Source: Octopus vulgaris
Taxonomy: Eukaryota
Direction: 5' to 3'
Length of the DNA: 64,000 nt
NCBI GenBank assembly: GCA_951406725.2
Contig: OX597818.1
Span: 49,724,001-49,788,000 of the forward strand
A model generated the notes under the pieces. It was not told the DNA's origin and ran no database searches. It saw only the letters and a list, made by a program, of their open reading frames with translations. Made by a program: the position numbers and the translations under genes. This document shows, piece by piece, positions 49,720 through 62,519 of the stretch (positions are counted from its first letter, which is position 1; every line of letters starts with the position of its first letter).

Positions 49720-50390
49720 GCTCTTTTATTTCAAAAAAGGAAAAACCACTCTATAAACAGGGTAATAGAGGATATATGAAGTTTATGGAGATGGTGCCAC
49801 AACTGTGAGAACTGTTTGTAAGTAGTTTGCTAGAACCAAGAGTGAAAATTTTGATCTAGAAGACCATGAGTATTGCAGAAAGCCTATAGTTTGTTGTTGA
49901 TTGAATCAAAACTCTAATAAAAAAATAATCTAGGTCACGCAATACAAGATGTCGCAAATACTCCACTTATTTCATGAGAGTTATAAGGCATTTAAAAGGG
50001 CAGCGAGCTGGCAGAATTGTTAGCACGCCGGGCGAAATGCGTAGCCGTATTTCGTCTGCCGTTACGTTCTGAATTCAAACTCCGCTGAGGTCGACTTTGC
50101 CTTTCATCCTTTCGGGGTCGATAAATTAAGTACCAGTTACGCACTTGGGTCGATGTAATTGACTTAATCCGTCTGTCAGTCCTTATTTGTCCTCTCCGTG
50201 TTTAGCCCCTTGTGGGTAATAAGGAAACATATAAGGCATTTAAAAACACTTGGATATGTGAATTGCTATGTTTGAGTATCTCCTAATTTATCAGAAAAAA
50301 ATTTAATGGAGAAAATGTAATGGAAGCCCTTTAATCATTCTAAAAGCTGGTCAGTATCTGAAGAAGGTGATGTTATTGAAAGTTCATTAT
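49720..50390 (+). pseudogene. Highly degraded mariner transposase N-terminus, interrupted by a Meta/Nin-like SINE (49998-50229)
   Basis: FYFKKGK..VYGDGATTVRTVCK*FAR..NFDLED..RHLKTLGYV. The SINE has a 16-bp TSD tataaggcatttaaaa at 49982-49997 and 50230-50245. Confidence 0.65.
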
Positions 50391-50398
50391 CCATCCAG

Positions 50399-50962
50399 GG
50401 CAAGACTTCCGCCTGTCCCCTACCAAAAAAACCACCCTTTTTTAAAACGTTTCTTTTTTCTTTTTTTTTTTGTCAAACCCTCTTTTTGGCTACGGGGAAT
50501 ACGAATCTGCAAAAAAATGGCAAAAATCGACAATTCTAAATTACCATCCCACCCCACCTCACCCCCATTTTCTTCATTTTTTATCTTTTTTCAGAATTTT
50601 TTTTCTCAAAATACACGGAAAAATATGGAGATTATGATTCTGAAAAAATTTTCCAAAAACCTTTGTGAAATTTTTTTTAAGAATTTTTTCTTTTCTAAAT
50701 ATGCGGAAAAATAGACATCAGGATTCGGACAAAAATTTCAAAACATTTTTGTACTTGCGGTTTTAGGGTTAGGGTTAGGGTTTTAGGGTTAGTGTTGCAG
50801 AAAAAAGTCAAAATTGAAGGAGTTAGGGACAAAAAACTTTCACAATGCCAATTTTTGGCTATTTTCCAGAACCTCCATATCTTAAAATGGGGATTTTTGG
50901 AAAAAAAATTTTTTTAAATAAACAAATTTGGAAGAAAATGGGGAAAGGACGGAAGTCTTTCC
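50399..50962. mobile_element. Merlin-like MITE with internal TTAGGG-type repeats
   Basis: TIR ggcaagacttccg / cggaagtctttcc and 8-bp TSD ccatccag / ccatcctg. ttagggttagggttaggg lies at about 50763-50793. Confidence 0.6.
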
Positions 50963-51929
50963 CCATCCTGTTGCAGATGATACCTACCATCTAACATAGT
51001 AACAAACTGGATATGAACAACAAGTAATATCACCTGCTTATCCATTTGGCCATGGACAGATGAATGTCATCTCTAAATAATAATAATAATAATGAAATTA
51101 TTGTATACAGTGCTCAGGTGCACCACAACTTGTCAGAGTATATGCAGTAATGTACAAATGTCTGGAAAGCAAACAATGCATGAGTCAGATACATGCTTGT
51201 GTATGTATGGAGGGGAGAAAATCAGGTGTAGTGTTGGCGAATCTCAGAAAGCATAGAAGTTTTGAGAAAATCAGGTGTAGTGTTGGCGAATCTCAGAAAG
51301 CATGGAAGTTTTGAAGGATGCAGTGCTCCGACAACCAACAACTGATGCCGGCAGTTTGTTCCATGCTTCAGCAACTCTCAGCGTGAAAAAATGTTTCCTG
51401 AAGTCATGGGAGCTGTGCTGTTTTCTGACTTTGTAAATATGTCCACGGGTGTTAGATGGGTGGAGTTTGAAAAGGTGCTCAGAGTTATTGTTTAAGATGA
51501 GGTTAGTAGAAATCGAAACATTTACAATGTAGGAAAGCTTTAGTTATAGTTCAAGAAAGTATAATCCTCATCACCGAGGCAGATTTTCTATGGTTGATGC
51601 TCCTTCTGTCACCAATCCTTACTAGTTTCCAAACATGACCATTCACTCACTCACACATTTCCCTCAACCAAATCCACTACAAGGCTTTGATTGACCCAGG
51701 GCTATCGTAGAAGACACTTGCCTGGGGTGCCACACAATCGGAGCAGAACCTAAAAACGTGTGATTGGAAATTCAACTTCTAAACCACACAGCCATGCCTG
51801 CACCCTACACTAATCCCTGATTATTTGTTACAGGAGTAAAATAACCGAGAAAATTATTATTACTGGCAGAAAATAAATTTATTAGTTGTTGACCTTAAAT
51901 TTGATAAACAAAGAAAAACAGCTTCAGAT

Positions 51930-53308
51930 GTTTATTGAACAAAGTTTATTGCACATTTATAATGTGTTAATTAACTGTAATACAATTACAAGTTTATTCC
52001 ATACATTTTCAATGCATTATTCTTAATGAGTACAAATGAGACAATCATTTAACACTTGGGAAGAAGTTAAATTTATCAGAAAACAATTTTTATTTCCTGG
52101 AAAAAATATACAAAAATAAATATTTCAATATTGGTCTGAAAACAAATTTTTGTTGTTTTTTTTTTTCCCAATTTCTCAAAAGAAAAAGAACTATTTTTCT
52201 TTTTTTTTTTTTACTTGCTGTACATTTATACACCTTATGCATCATGATTTGCTTTTTTTTGTTTTTCTAAAAAAAATTTTATGAAAAAAAAAAAAGAATC
52301 GCTATTCTATTTTCTGACAGATTTATCATTTACCTAACTTCTAAGATAACAATACCTATTTCTTTATTACCCACAAGGGGCTTAACACAGAAGGGACAAA
52401 CAAGGACAGACATAGGTATTAAGTCGATTACATCGACCCCAGTGCGTAACTGGTACTTAATTTATCGACCCCGAAAGGATGAAAGGCAAAGTCGACCTTG
52501 GCGGAATTTGAACTCACAACGTAAACGACAGAAGAAATATGGCTGCACATTTCGCCCGGCATGCTAACATTTCTGTCAGCTTGCCGCCTTCTTCTAAGAT
52601 AACAACAGTTTTCAATGAAGAGTATTTGCCTGAACTTAAAATAACACCAAATCAATAAGAATTTTTTTTTTTTAAATGTCTTTTAAATATGTCTTTTATA
52701 ATAAATTTTTCTACACAAAGCCTCAATTGGATGCTTAAAGTGCCAGATTTGTATACAGATATGTTATTGTTTAAGTAACTAATTTACACACAAGCCTGAT
52801 TTAGTATTTTACACTGATGACAAGTTTGGAGACAAATTAAACTTATTTAAGATGCTATATAGGAAAGATTAAAAACATGGTTACAGAAATTTTGATCATA
52901 AATTGTAACTATACAAGTTTGAAACATTCTAAGTGTTGAACTTATACATTTGATAATTTCAAAACAATTTAATCCAGTATTCAGTGTAACACACACAATG
53001 AAATATAAATTTACCATATAATTATAGAATTTGACTAATAATATACAATTTACAAAAAAAAAAAAAAAAAAAAAAAAAAAATTCTTTACTGCCCACAAGG
53101 GGCTAAACATAGAGGGGACAAACAAGGACAGACAAAGGGAGTAAGTCAATTACATTGACCCCAGTGCGAAACTGGTACTGTATTTATCGACCCCGAAAGA
53201 TGAAAGGCAAAGTCGACCTCGGCGGAATTTGAACTCAGAATGTAACGTCAGACGAAATACTGCTAAGCATTTCGCCCGGCGCGCTAACGTTTCTGCCAGC
53301 TCGCCACC

Positions 53309-53340
<32 letters not shown>

Positions 53341-53840
53341 TTCAGTCAAATTTGCATTATTATCAAGTTTCTGATTGTTGACACTAAAAATATAATTAAA
53401 AAAAAAAATTTAAATGATTTTATCTTCAGGAAAGAAAAGTCACACTGCTCTGTACAATAAAGATAGATATTTTTCTGCCCTGTTCCCAGAAATTTTCTTA
53501 ATTTTTTTTTTTTATTACTGAGATATTTAATCTATGAACATGAGGATGATTGGTTTAAGAAGCCGTAACTAAGTAAACAAGAGGATATTTAACAAGTTAA
53601 TTAGAAGCATGAACAGAACAAGATAGGAAATAAAGAAACAAGTAAAACCTTTAACAGAATTAAATTCTGTTGAAATATTAAAATTTATTGAGTTATCAGC
53701 AGAAGTTTTATCAATGTGTGATCAAATTATCCTGTTTGGGGGACAAGAAAACAGGTGGCAAAGTGCATGCAGTAATTAGAAGAATTATACTATAGATCAA
53801 ATGAAGTATAATTTAAGAATTAGCAGCAAAAAAAAATAAA

Positions 53841-53880
<40 letters not shown>

Positions 53881-54168
53881 CATATAAATGTTTAATTAAA
53901 TTCTAATGAAGGTTCCTTGAGAATTGTTTGAAAAAAAAAAAAAAAACCGTGACATTTTATTAATAAATCATGATGTCAAAAGAATATATATATAGTATCC
54001 AAATCGCTAACATTCTGCTGACCCACCCGAGTTTCCAGTATTTAGCAGTTGTGTAGACGCAAGAAACTGCTAACACGATTTCAGAGAAATGTTCAGTTCT
54101 TTTCTTGTAGTTAAGGACTTATGAATAATCAGAATAAATGCAACAGAGAGATTTACATCACCCATTGT
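51930..54168 (-). other. SEC31: Putative SEC31 3' UTR (about 2.2 kb)
   Basis: AT-rich, mostly repeat-poor sequence downstream of the stop. A cluster of minus-strand AATAAA lies at 51931-51936, 51945-51950 and 51993-51998. The actual 3' end is not known. Confidence 0.4.
52353..52590 (-). mobile_element. Meta/Nin-like SINE in the putative SEC31 3' UTR (second copy 53082-53308)
   Basis: 15-bp TSD cttctaagataacaa at 52338-52352 and 52591-52605. Confidence 0.85.
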
Positions 54169-54351
54169 TCATTGTACTTGGAGATTGTTTGCCGTTTGCA
54201 TTAACACTTTTAAACTAGGCATAAAGCTTCCAATTTCAGAAAAGTTTCCGTGCTTAATCATGTGAGCATGGATTTGTAGTCCTGTGTCGTAGTCATATTG
54301 TTGCAACGATTGTACAATTTGATGCAAGCCTTGAATGATGTTCTGGGACAG
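54169..54351 (-). CDS. SEC31: SEC31 (COPII outer coat) last coding exon
   Basis: ttcatttcag|LSQNIIQGLHQIVQSLQQYDYDTGLQIHAHMIKHGNFSEIGSFMPSLKVLMQTANNLQVQ* matches the SEC31A C-terminal domain (..SNFSETSAFMPVLKVVLTQANKLGV). Confidence 0.92.
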   Translation of the reverse strand: MSQNIIQGLHQIVQSLQQYDYDTGLQIHAHMIKHGNFSEIGSFMPSLKVLMQTANNLQVQ

Positions 54352-54925
54352 CTGAAATGAACAATAGAAAAGATGGAAACGTTTACTTAAAAAGACAATG
54401 AAAAAATGTTTGAAAAACAAAAAAAAAGAAAGACAACAAAGTGTGCATAAATCTGTGTACCAGGATTTCTTTTATCTTTTATTGCTTGGCATTAGGAAGG
54501 GCATCCAGCTGTAGAAACACTGCCAGATCAGACTGGAGCCTGGTGCAGCCTCCAGGCTTCCCAGACCCCGGTGGAACCGTCCAACCCATTTTTGCATGGA
54601 AAACAGACGTTAAACGATGATGATGATGATGTTTCACTCATAGGATTGTAGCCATGCATGAAGGGTTTAGTCGAACAAATCAACCCCAATAATTATTTTT
54701 TATGTTTGGTACTTATCCTGTTGGTCTTTTTTTTTGCCAAACAACTAAGGTATGGGGAACAGGTGTAGGAGTGGCTGTGTGGTAAGTAGCTTGCTTATGA
54801 ACCACATGGTTCCGGGTTAAGTCCCATTGCGTGGCACCTTGGGCAAGTGTCTTCTACTGTATAGTCTTGGGCCGACCACATCCTTGTGAGTAGATTTGGT
54901 GACGGAAATTGAAAGAAGCCCGTCG

Positions 54926-54964
<39 letters not shown>

Positions 54965-56115
54965 ATGGTGAAGTCAGCAGTTTGGGACAACTGAGGTTTA
55001 ATCCTCATAAGTTTGTCAACAAAATCAAATTGGTGAGTAATGATAAAATTTTGTTTTCAGCTATTCTTACAATATTACACAGACATGAGTAGATGCCTTT
55101 CTGGAATCTTACCAGGGAACCTTTTCAAGCAAATCTATAGCCAGATGATCTTTCAGAAAGTTAATAATTCAATAATGAAGGATAGAATATATTATTCATT
55201 CCTTAGTTAGGTAGAAGGCGCGTGGCTTAGTGGTTAGGGTGGCTGGCTTGCAATTGTAAGATAGCGAGTTCATCTCTCAGTGGCACATTGTCTCCTTGAG
55301 CAAGACACTTTATTTCATGTTGCTCCAGTCTACTCAGCTGGCAAAAATGAGTTGTGCCTGTATTTCAAAGGGCCAGCCTTGTAACATTCTGTGTCACACT
55401 GAATCTCCCTGAAAACTACATTAAGGGTACGCGTGTCTGTGGATTATTCAGCTACTTGTACATAAATTTTATGAGCAGGCTGTTCCATTGATCGGATCAA
55501 CTGGAACCCTCATTGTCATCACCAACGGAATACCAGTAAAAATTAAGTAGACAAGAGCAACTAAAATATTAAACTTCCTCCTAGACACATAAAAATGTTC
55601 TTGATTACATCTTTTAGTTCTACAAAAAATGGTGGATGCTACAAGTGAAAGGCTAAGTAAGATGGCAATAGAAAAGAAAATCAAAAGGGATTATGTATAT
55701 TTTTTTTTATTTATGCGCCCTTTTCAAGCCTAGCCAGGTTCGTGTTCCCCCACCTCCCAGCTGGACGGGGCGCCAGTCCATCACAGCGTTACTCAAGAAA
55801 CAGGAAGAAAGAGTGAGAGAAAGTTGGGGTGAAAGAGTACAACAGGGGTCACCACCACCCCCTGCCGGAGCCTCCTGGAGCTTTTTAGGTGTTTTCGCTC
55901 AATAAACACACACGTCTGGTCTGGGAATCGAAACTGTGATTCTCCGACCATGAGTCCACTGCCCTAACCACTGGGCCATTGCACCTCCACATTATGTATA
56001 TTTAGTGATAAGTTAATACCAAAGTTAAATGTACTGGATTAGAGCTACAGAAATATGTGACAAAACATTCTGTTGTAATACCAATACAATGATAACTAGA
56101 AAATTAGAAGTTTAA

Positions 56116-56337
56116 CCTTTTCGTTACTATATTTATTTTGAGATGCTCTGTGTTTCTTTCAATTACTTTAAATATAAACAAATAATTTAGTAAAATAACT
56201 TTGTTATCATTAAGCTTAGTGTTAGGAACATAAATTGTGACTAAGGTTTGGTGGAAGATTTTAATTCAAAACTTATGGAAACAAGACATTTGTATACAGA
56301 GCCAGAGCCGGTTTCAGCCGGGTTGGTAACAAAAGGG
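56116..56337. mobile_element. piggyBac-type MITE in a SEC31 intron
   Basis: TTAA flanks; near-identical to 9850-10067. Confidence 0.85.
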
Positions 56338-56914
56338 TTAAAGATCATCGAATGACTGACATTAGGTATTGTTAAAAAGATTATGCTTTTAGACTATTAA
56401 CCTCATCTATAAACAAGAGGCCAATTGATCAAGGAATTATAATTTTTCTGAAGATCACTGCAGAGCTACTTCAATAAAAGAAGAAAAGGTCAGTTGGTGA
56501 AATTGAAGCCCGAAGTTAAAACAACAATCTAAAACTAATGATAATTGCAATACAAAGTACAACGAGAGTTCAGATTAAAGAAGTAACCACATGGCTAAGC
56601 CCTTCTGTGCCGGTGGCACCAAAACTGATCATGGCCGATGCCAGACCCCTCTGGCACCTGTGCAGGTGGCACGTAAAAAGCACCCACTACACTCGCGGAG
56701 TGGTTGGCGTTAGGAAGGGCATCCAGCTGTAGAAACACTGCCAGATCAAGATTGGAGCCTGGAGCATGCCTTCTGGCTCCCCAGACCCCGGTCGAACCGT
56801 CCAACCCGTGCTAGTGCGGAAAACGGACGTTAAACGATGATGATGATGATGATGAAAGTACAAGTCTGTGTCTGTGAAGGAGAGGGGGAGTTATAAAACT
56901 GCAAAGTATCATAC

Positions 56915-56986
56915 CGAATTTTCTCTTAGCTTGTCATATAAAGCTTCCAGTTTCTTAACTACATCTTCCAGTTTTCTTTTAGTTTG
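56915..56986 (-). CDS. SEC31: SEC31 penultimate exon (72 nt, phase 0)
   Basis: tttag|QTKRKLEDVVKKLEALYDKLRENS|gtatga, compared with SEC31A QTKRKLDDASKRLEFLYDKLREQT. Confidence 0.92.
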
Positions 56987-57169
56987 CTAAATACGAAAAA
57001 GAGATAAAAAATCAGCATTTAAAAAACTGTGAAGTGGACATCCTACATCATAAAATATCAGGGAAAGAAGTAAATAAATGGAAACCATGCTTTGTTAAAA
57101 TAATTAAAAAAAGAAAAAAAATTAAGAATCTCAGAACTTGTTAGATTATTATTACTATATATTACTATA

Positions 57170-57597
57170 GGTGCAGGAGTGGCTGTGTGGTAAGTAGCTT
57201 GCTCACCAACCACATGGTTCCAAGTTCAGTCCCACTGCATAGCACCTTGAACAAGTGTCTTCTACTATAGCCTCGGGCCGACCAAAGCCTTATGAGTGGA
57301 TTTGGTAGACGGAAACTGAAAGAAGCCTGTCGTATATATGTATATAAATGTGTGTGTGTGTGTGCGTGTGTGTGTGTGTATGTGTGTGTGTTGTGTATCT
57401 TTGTTTGTCCCCCTATCATCGCTTGACAACCGATGCTGGTGTGTTTCGGTCCCCATAACTTAGTGGTTTGGCAAAAGACCCAATAGAATAAGTACTAGGC
57501 TTACAAAGAATAAGTCCTGGGGTCAATTTGATTTGACTAAAGGCGGTGCTCAAGCATGGCCGCAATCAAATGACTGAAACAAGTAAAGAATAAAGAA
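57170..57597 (+). mobile_element. CORE-like SINE (intronic), followed by an inverted degenerate copy at about 57645-58035
   Basis: Family consensus on +, then its reverse complement. Confidence 0.8.
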
Positions 57598-57816
57598 TGT
57601 TGTATTTGAAAGTTATGTATAACAGATGGTGGGATTTTTCTATCTTGTTTCAGTCATTAGACTGAGGCCATGCATCAATCCCCATACTTATTATTATTTT
57701 TTAAAGCCTGGTACTTATTCAATCAGTATCTTTTTGCCAAACTGCTAAGTTACAGGGACATAAACACACCAACACTGTTTGTCAAGTGGCAGTAGGGGAG
57801 AAGCATAGACACAATG

Positions 57817-57873
<57 letters not shown>

Positions 57874-58751
57874 CATACAACAAGCTTCTGTCAGTATTTG
57901 TTCACCAAAATGCTCACAAAGTTTCGGTCAACCCAAGGCCATAGCAGAAAACACTTTCCCAAGGTGTCACACAATGGAACTGAACCCGCAGCTATGTGGT
58001 TTGGAAGTAAGCTTCTTGCCACTCAACCATGCCTGTGCCTGTTTATTGTGCAATAAAAATTAGTTTTGGGGACTAAAACTAGTTTCTTTGTTCTACATTT
58101 CTGAACTGAATGTGAATCGATGTGTTACTTGTATTTGTTTCAAGTAGAGTTAACTGGACTTTGAGATCATTCAACAGAGTCCCATTTGTTTTGAAGCAAT
58201 CCAACATAGCCTGAGAATAATTGAGTATCTTTATGTGTTGCTTTCTACTGCTCCGAATTCATGTGTGTGTGTGAGTGAGTGAGTGAATGAATGAATGAGA
58301 GAGAGATGAATAGTAACAGAAATGGATAATGGTAAAGTCTCCTCAAAGTCACTTACTAATAATATCAGTAACAGATGGTGGGATTTTATTGGAGTGTGTG
58401 TGTGTGTGTGCATCGACAGCTCGACCTACAGACTAACTCAACCACATATTTACAAACACTGGTCATTCTCTTAACTTGAAAAATCTGGTCACTTTGTTAG
58501 TGACCAGCTTGACCTCTAAGAAGAACTTAAATGAAACTCAAAGAAAAACACTTTCCCAAGGTGTCACACAATGGAACTGAACCCGCAACTTTGTGGTTTG
58601 GAAGTAAGCTTCTTGCCACTCAACACAGATACACAACACACACACACATATATATATATATACATATATACGACGGGTTTCTTTCAGTTTCCGTTTACCA
58701 AATCCACTCACAAGGCTTTGGTTGGCCCAGTCTGTTGGTTGAGCTGTCGAT

Positions 58752-58787
<36 letters not shown>

Positions 58788-58817
58788 AAATGTGTGCATT
58801 TGTTGACCTAAAGAATC

Positions 58818-58996
58818 TCAGATGAAGAATCTTTGGAATATCTAACAAATCTTCACTGTGCCACTAATAGACTGGATTTGGAGAATCTGTATCAGTTTTT
58901 TTTTTACTCTTTCTTCGAAAAACCTAGTATTTCTAGGATTTTGTGTAAATGTGTAGGCTCAAAGCCTGATGCACTTATGATGATAGGTACGAATGT
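58818..58996 (-). mobile_element. Second, more decayed R4/Dong-like C-terminal fragment
   Basis: TFVPIIISASGFEPTHLHKILEILGFSKKE*..LIQILQIQSISGTVKIC*IFQRF is homologous to 7135-7302. Confidence 0.55.
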
Positions 58997-59052
58997 ACAT
59001 ATGTACATACGTATGTATTGCCGTGCATATTTAGATAAAAAATTATGAAATA

Positions 59053-59452
59053 GGCGCAGGAGTGGCTGTGTGGTAAGTAGCTTGCTAACCAACCACATGG
59101 TTCCGGGTTCAGTCCCACTGCGTGGCATCTTGGGTAAGTGTCTTCTGCTATAGCCCCGGGCCGACCAATGCCTTGTGAGTGGATTTGGTAGACGGAAACT
59201 GGAAGAAGCCTGTCGTATATATGTATATATATATGAGTATGTGTGTGTATGTGTGTGTGTGTGTTTGTCCCCCTAGCATTGCTTGACAACCGATGCTGGT
59301 GTGTTTACGTCCCCGTCACTTAGCGTTTCGGCAAAAGAGACTGAGAGAATAAGTACTGGGCTTACAAAGAATAATTCTCTGGGTCGATTTGCTCGACTAA
59401 AGGCGGTGCTCCAGCATGGCCACAGTCAAATGACTGAAAAGAGTAAAAGAGA
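59053..59452 (+). mobile_element. CORE-like SINE ending about 25 bp from a SEC31 splice donor
   Basis: Full-length family copy. Confidence 0.85.
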
Positions 59453-59477
59453 AAGGATGTTTCATTGTTTTACTTAC

Positions 59478-59615
59478 AGCATTTGATGCAACTTTTAAAC
59501 AGTTTTCAACCAAAGCATCAAATATGTCTTGTAAAATTTGATGTTCATTTGGCAAAGGTCCTTTTACAACTTCAGGTACAGGTTCTGGAGCTTGGTTAAC
59601 TACAGGTGCTGATTG
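59478..59615 (-). CDS. SEC31: SEC31 exon (138 nt, phase 0)
   Basis: tttgtag|QSAPVVNQAPEPVPEVVKGPLPNEHQILQDIFDALVENCLKVASNA|gtaagt, compared with SEC31A KKPIPDEHLILKTTFEDLIQRC. Confidence 0.9.
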
Positions 59616-59709
59616 CTACAAACAGTAAAATATTTTAATAAGTTTTAATAAAAAAACATACAGGTGTTTAAATTTATAAGTGAAATCATAAAAGTAAAAT
59701 ATTATTAAA

Positions 59710-60614
59710 CTAGCAGTATCGCCCGGCGTTGCTCGGACTTGTAAGGGAAATAACTATATAAGCATTTTTAGAGAGTAATAGCCAAAAAATAGCAAAAAAA
59801 TGCATTAAAAATGGAAAAAAAATTATGGTAATTTTTTTTTTTAAATCGTTGACTCATCGTAGACATTTTTAGAGAGTTACTTCCCTTATATAATAGCGAA
59901 AAAATGCATTAAAATGGAAAAAAATGATGGTAAATTTTCTTTTAAATCGTAGACCCATCGTAGATGCGCGCTAATACCCAGAAGGGCTCGATATGAATCA
60001 CGGCTATAAGATACCCGGTTTTGGTTAAACTGCACCGCAAAATGTGGGAGTAGTTAGGAATCTAAATCATAGGAGACAGACACACAACTTCTCTTTTATA
60101 TATAAAGACTAGCAGTATCACCCGGCGTTGCTCGGGTTTGTAAGGGAAATAACTATATAAGCATTTTTAGAGAGTTACTTCCCTTATAAATTCGGGCTTT
60201 CTTAGCCATTTTTATTTTGGTGTCTTCAAGCCATGAAGTCGTTGTTCTAAAAGAACGCTGGTTTCCTTCACAACGCATTACGACGTTGATTTCTTTACAC
60301 TCCCTTCCCCACAGCTTCACGAGGGAGGAAAGGAGGAGAAGCAAACAGGTGCAGCTGTGAGCGTGGATGCCAACTCCGCCGCCATCGACATACGATGCAT
60401 TTTATGCATTAAAATGGAATAAAAAATGATGTTAAATTATTTTTTAAATCGTAGACTCATCGTTGACGCGCGCTAATAGTCAGACGGGCTCAATATGAAT
60501 CACGACTATAAGATACCCGAATTTGGTTAAACTGCACCGCAAAATGTGGGAGGAGTTAGGAATCTAAATCGAAGGGGACAGACACTCACACAACTAGATT
60601 TTTATATATATAGA
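59710..60614 (-). mobile_element. Non-autonomous Helitron, head-to-tail dimer (units 60109-60614 and 59710-60108)
   Basis: On the minus strand: host A | TCtatatatataaaa ... hairpin cccgagcaacgccggg ... CTAG | TCtttatatataaaa ... hairpin ... CTAG | host T. There is no TSD. Confidence 0.85.
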
Positions 60615-60622
60615 TATCTTAC

Positions 60623-60751
60623 CGGCAATTGAGGCTGATGTTCCTGGGGGTTGTAAATGTTTGGATAACTGTTGACAGGTTGTTGTTGTTGATCAGTGTT
60701 TCCAGGAATTCCATACATTTGATTGGGAATTGCATTTGGAGATTCAAATTG
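60623..60751 (-). CDS. SEC31: SEC31 proline-rich-region exon (129 nt, phase 0)
   Basis: ttgcag|QFESPNAIPNQMYGIPGNTDQQQQPVNSYPNIYNPQEHQPQLP|gtaaga, in frame with the downstream exon. Confidence 0.75.
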
Positions 60752-62471
60752 CTGCAATTTACATAAGCAAAGATTAACAGCAGTTCTACAGGTAATTTTC
60801 TAAAAATAACATAAGCTTAATTCAGGTAAGTCTGCAGGTAGAAGAAACCATTGATATTAAAAGGCGATTTTTAGCTGAACTAATTTTCAGTCTCTATCAA
60901 ATATATGACGTTTGGTGCACCTACAGGAGACTGAATATGAAAACCATATCATATTAATACAATGTGATAGTTGTTAAATGGTTAATGAATTTTAGCATTA
61001 TAAGAAAGTTCAAATATTCACTCTTTGGTGAACACATAGTTAATGAAAGAAATAAAGGCAGAAAATAATTTGTAAAAAGAAACACATTCTTTTTTTATAT
61101 TGATATAAAGTTGAGCATTATTAATCAATATGAATTATCATCATTGATTGGAGCAGGCTTGGCAGTTTGGTAAAGAAGTTCACTTCAAAACCATGAGGTT
61201 TAGAGTTAGGTTCTTGAGTATGGCACCTTGGGCAAATGTCTTCTACTGTAGCCCCAGGTTGGGCAATCCTTTGGGAATGAATTAGGTAGATGGAAATTGC
61301 ACAAAGCCTTTCATGTGTGTGTGTGTATATGCACATCATCATCATCATCATCATTAAACATCCATCTTCCATGCTGGCATGGACTGGATGGTTTGACAGG
61401 ACTGCACCAAGCTCCACTGTCTGTTTCGGCATGGCTTTTGCAGCTGAATGCCCTGCCTAATGCCCATCACCTTGCAGAGTGTACTGCATGCACATGCATG
61501 CCAATTCGAATGTCTGCATTCTGCACAGTGCTAAGCTATGGACAGTGATGTTTGTTCACATTTTTGTGTCAACAAATATTACAGCAGCCCCGCACTTGAA
61601 GACAAGTGGAATGAAAACTCCTTACCAAAAAAAAAAAAAAAAAAAAAGAGAAAGGTTAGTGAAAGAAAGGGCATCCAGCTGTAAAGCAATGCCTCAGCAT
61701 ATACTTGTGTGTGGGTTGTAAATGTAAAACAAACGAGTGAGTGATTGTCTACAACTTGTACTGTGTATAGAAACCAACAATGGCTCATGTCCTGTTCCAT
61801 CGTTAGTTGCTTAATTCATCAATAGTTGTAGCACCACTGTCCTTCGTCAGTCTTGACCATTGTTTTAGAAGGATACTCGCAGGTCAATATGAATAACATG
61901 TCAATTTAATGTTCTATCTTTTAAGGCAAAAAGATATTGGTATCTCGGAAAGTCTTTTTGTAGTGGAGCACAGACATACTGTCTCCTCTCGCTGCCTGTT
62001 CTGTTGTTGTTTTAAAAGCCCTCTGGTCCTCTGAACTAGCAAAAAGGGTCCTCCATCAGTTTTAATGATGAGTGCTCAGTTATTTGAACAACTGAACTAC
62101 CTACTCATTAAATTAGCATGTAAAAGGCTGAGTACTCAAAAAGCACATGTACTCTTAACGTAGTTCTCAGACTAAATTAGCATGACACTGTGACAAAGGA
62201 AACCCTTTGAATTGCATGAACAATCCATTTGAGTCTTTCATATTTCCTGTCTAGCCAGTTTCACCTTCAAAGCTTGCCTCAGATGCTATAGAGAAGGACT
62301 GAACCTGAGCCCTCATCTTATTGCCAAATCCAACCCCACTTTATTGACATTAGCCCTTTTAAACCAATCCTTCTTCTGTAGAGTGCCAATCATTAGGAAT
62401 TTCCTCTTCATCTACATTATTCCCTTAGATATCAGTCTATTAATGTTCAAACTGATTCATATGAATCTCAC

Positions 62472-62519
62472 CAGCCTTGGAGGGCCTGGGAAAGTCATGG
62501 GTACTGCACCTTTTCCAAG
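62472..62519 (-). CDS. SEC31: Candidate 48-nt SEC31 exon (phase 0-0)
   Basis: ttttccttttctgctttag|LGKGAVPMTFPGPPRL|gtgaga, with a strong polypyrimidine tract and donor. There is no homology support. Confidence 0.55.
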
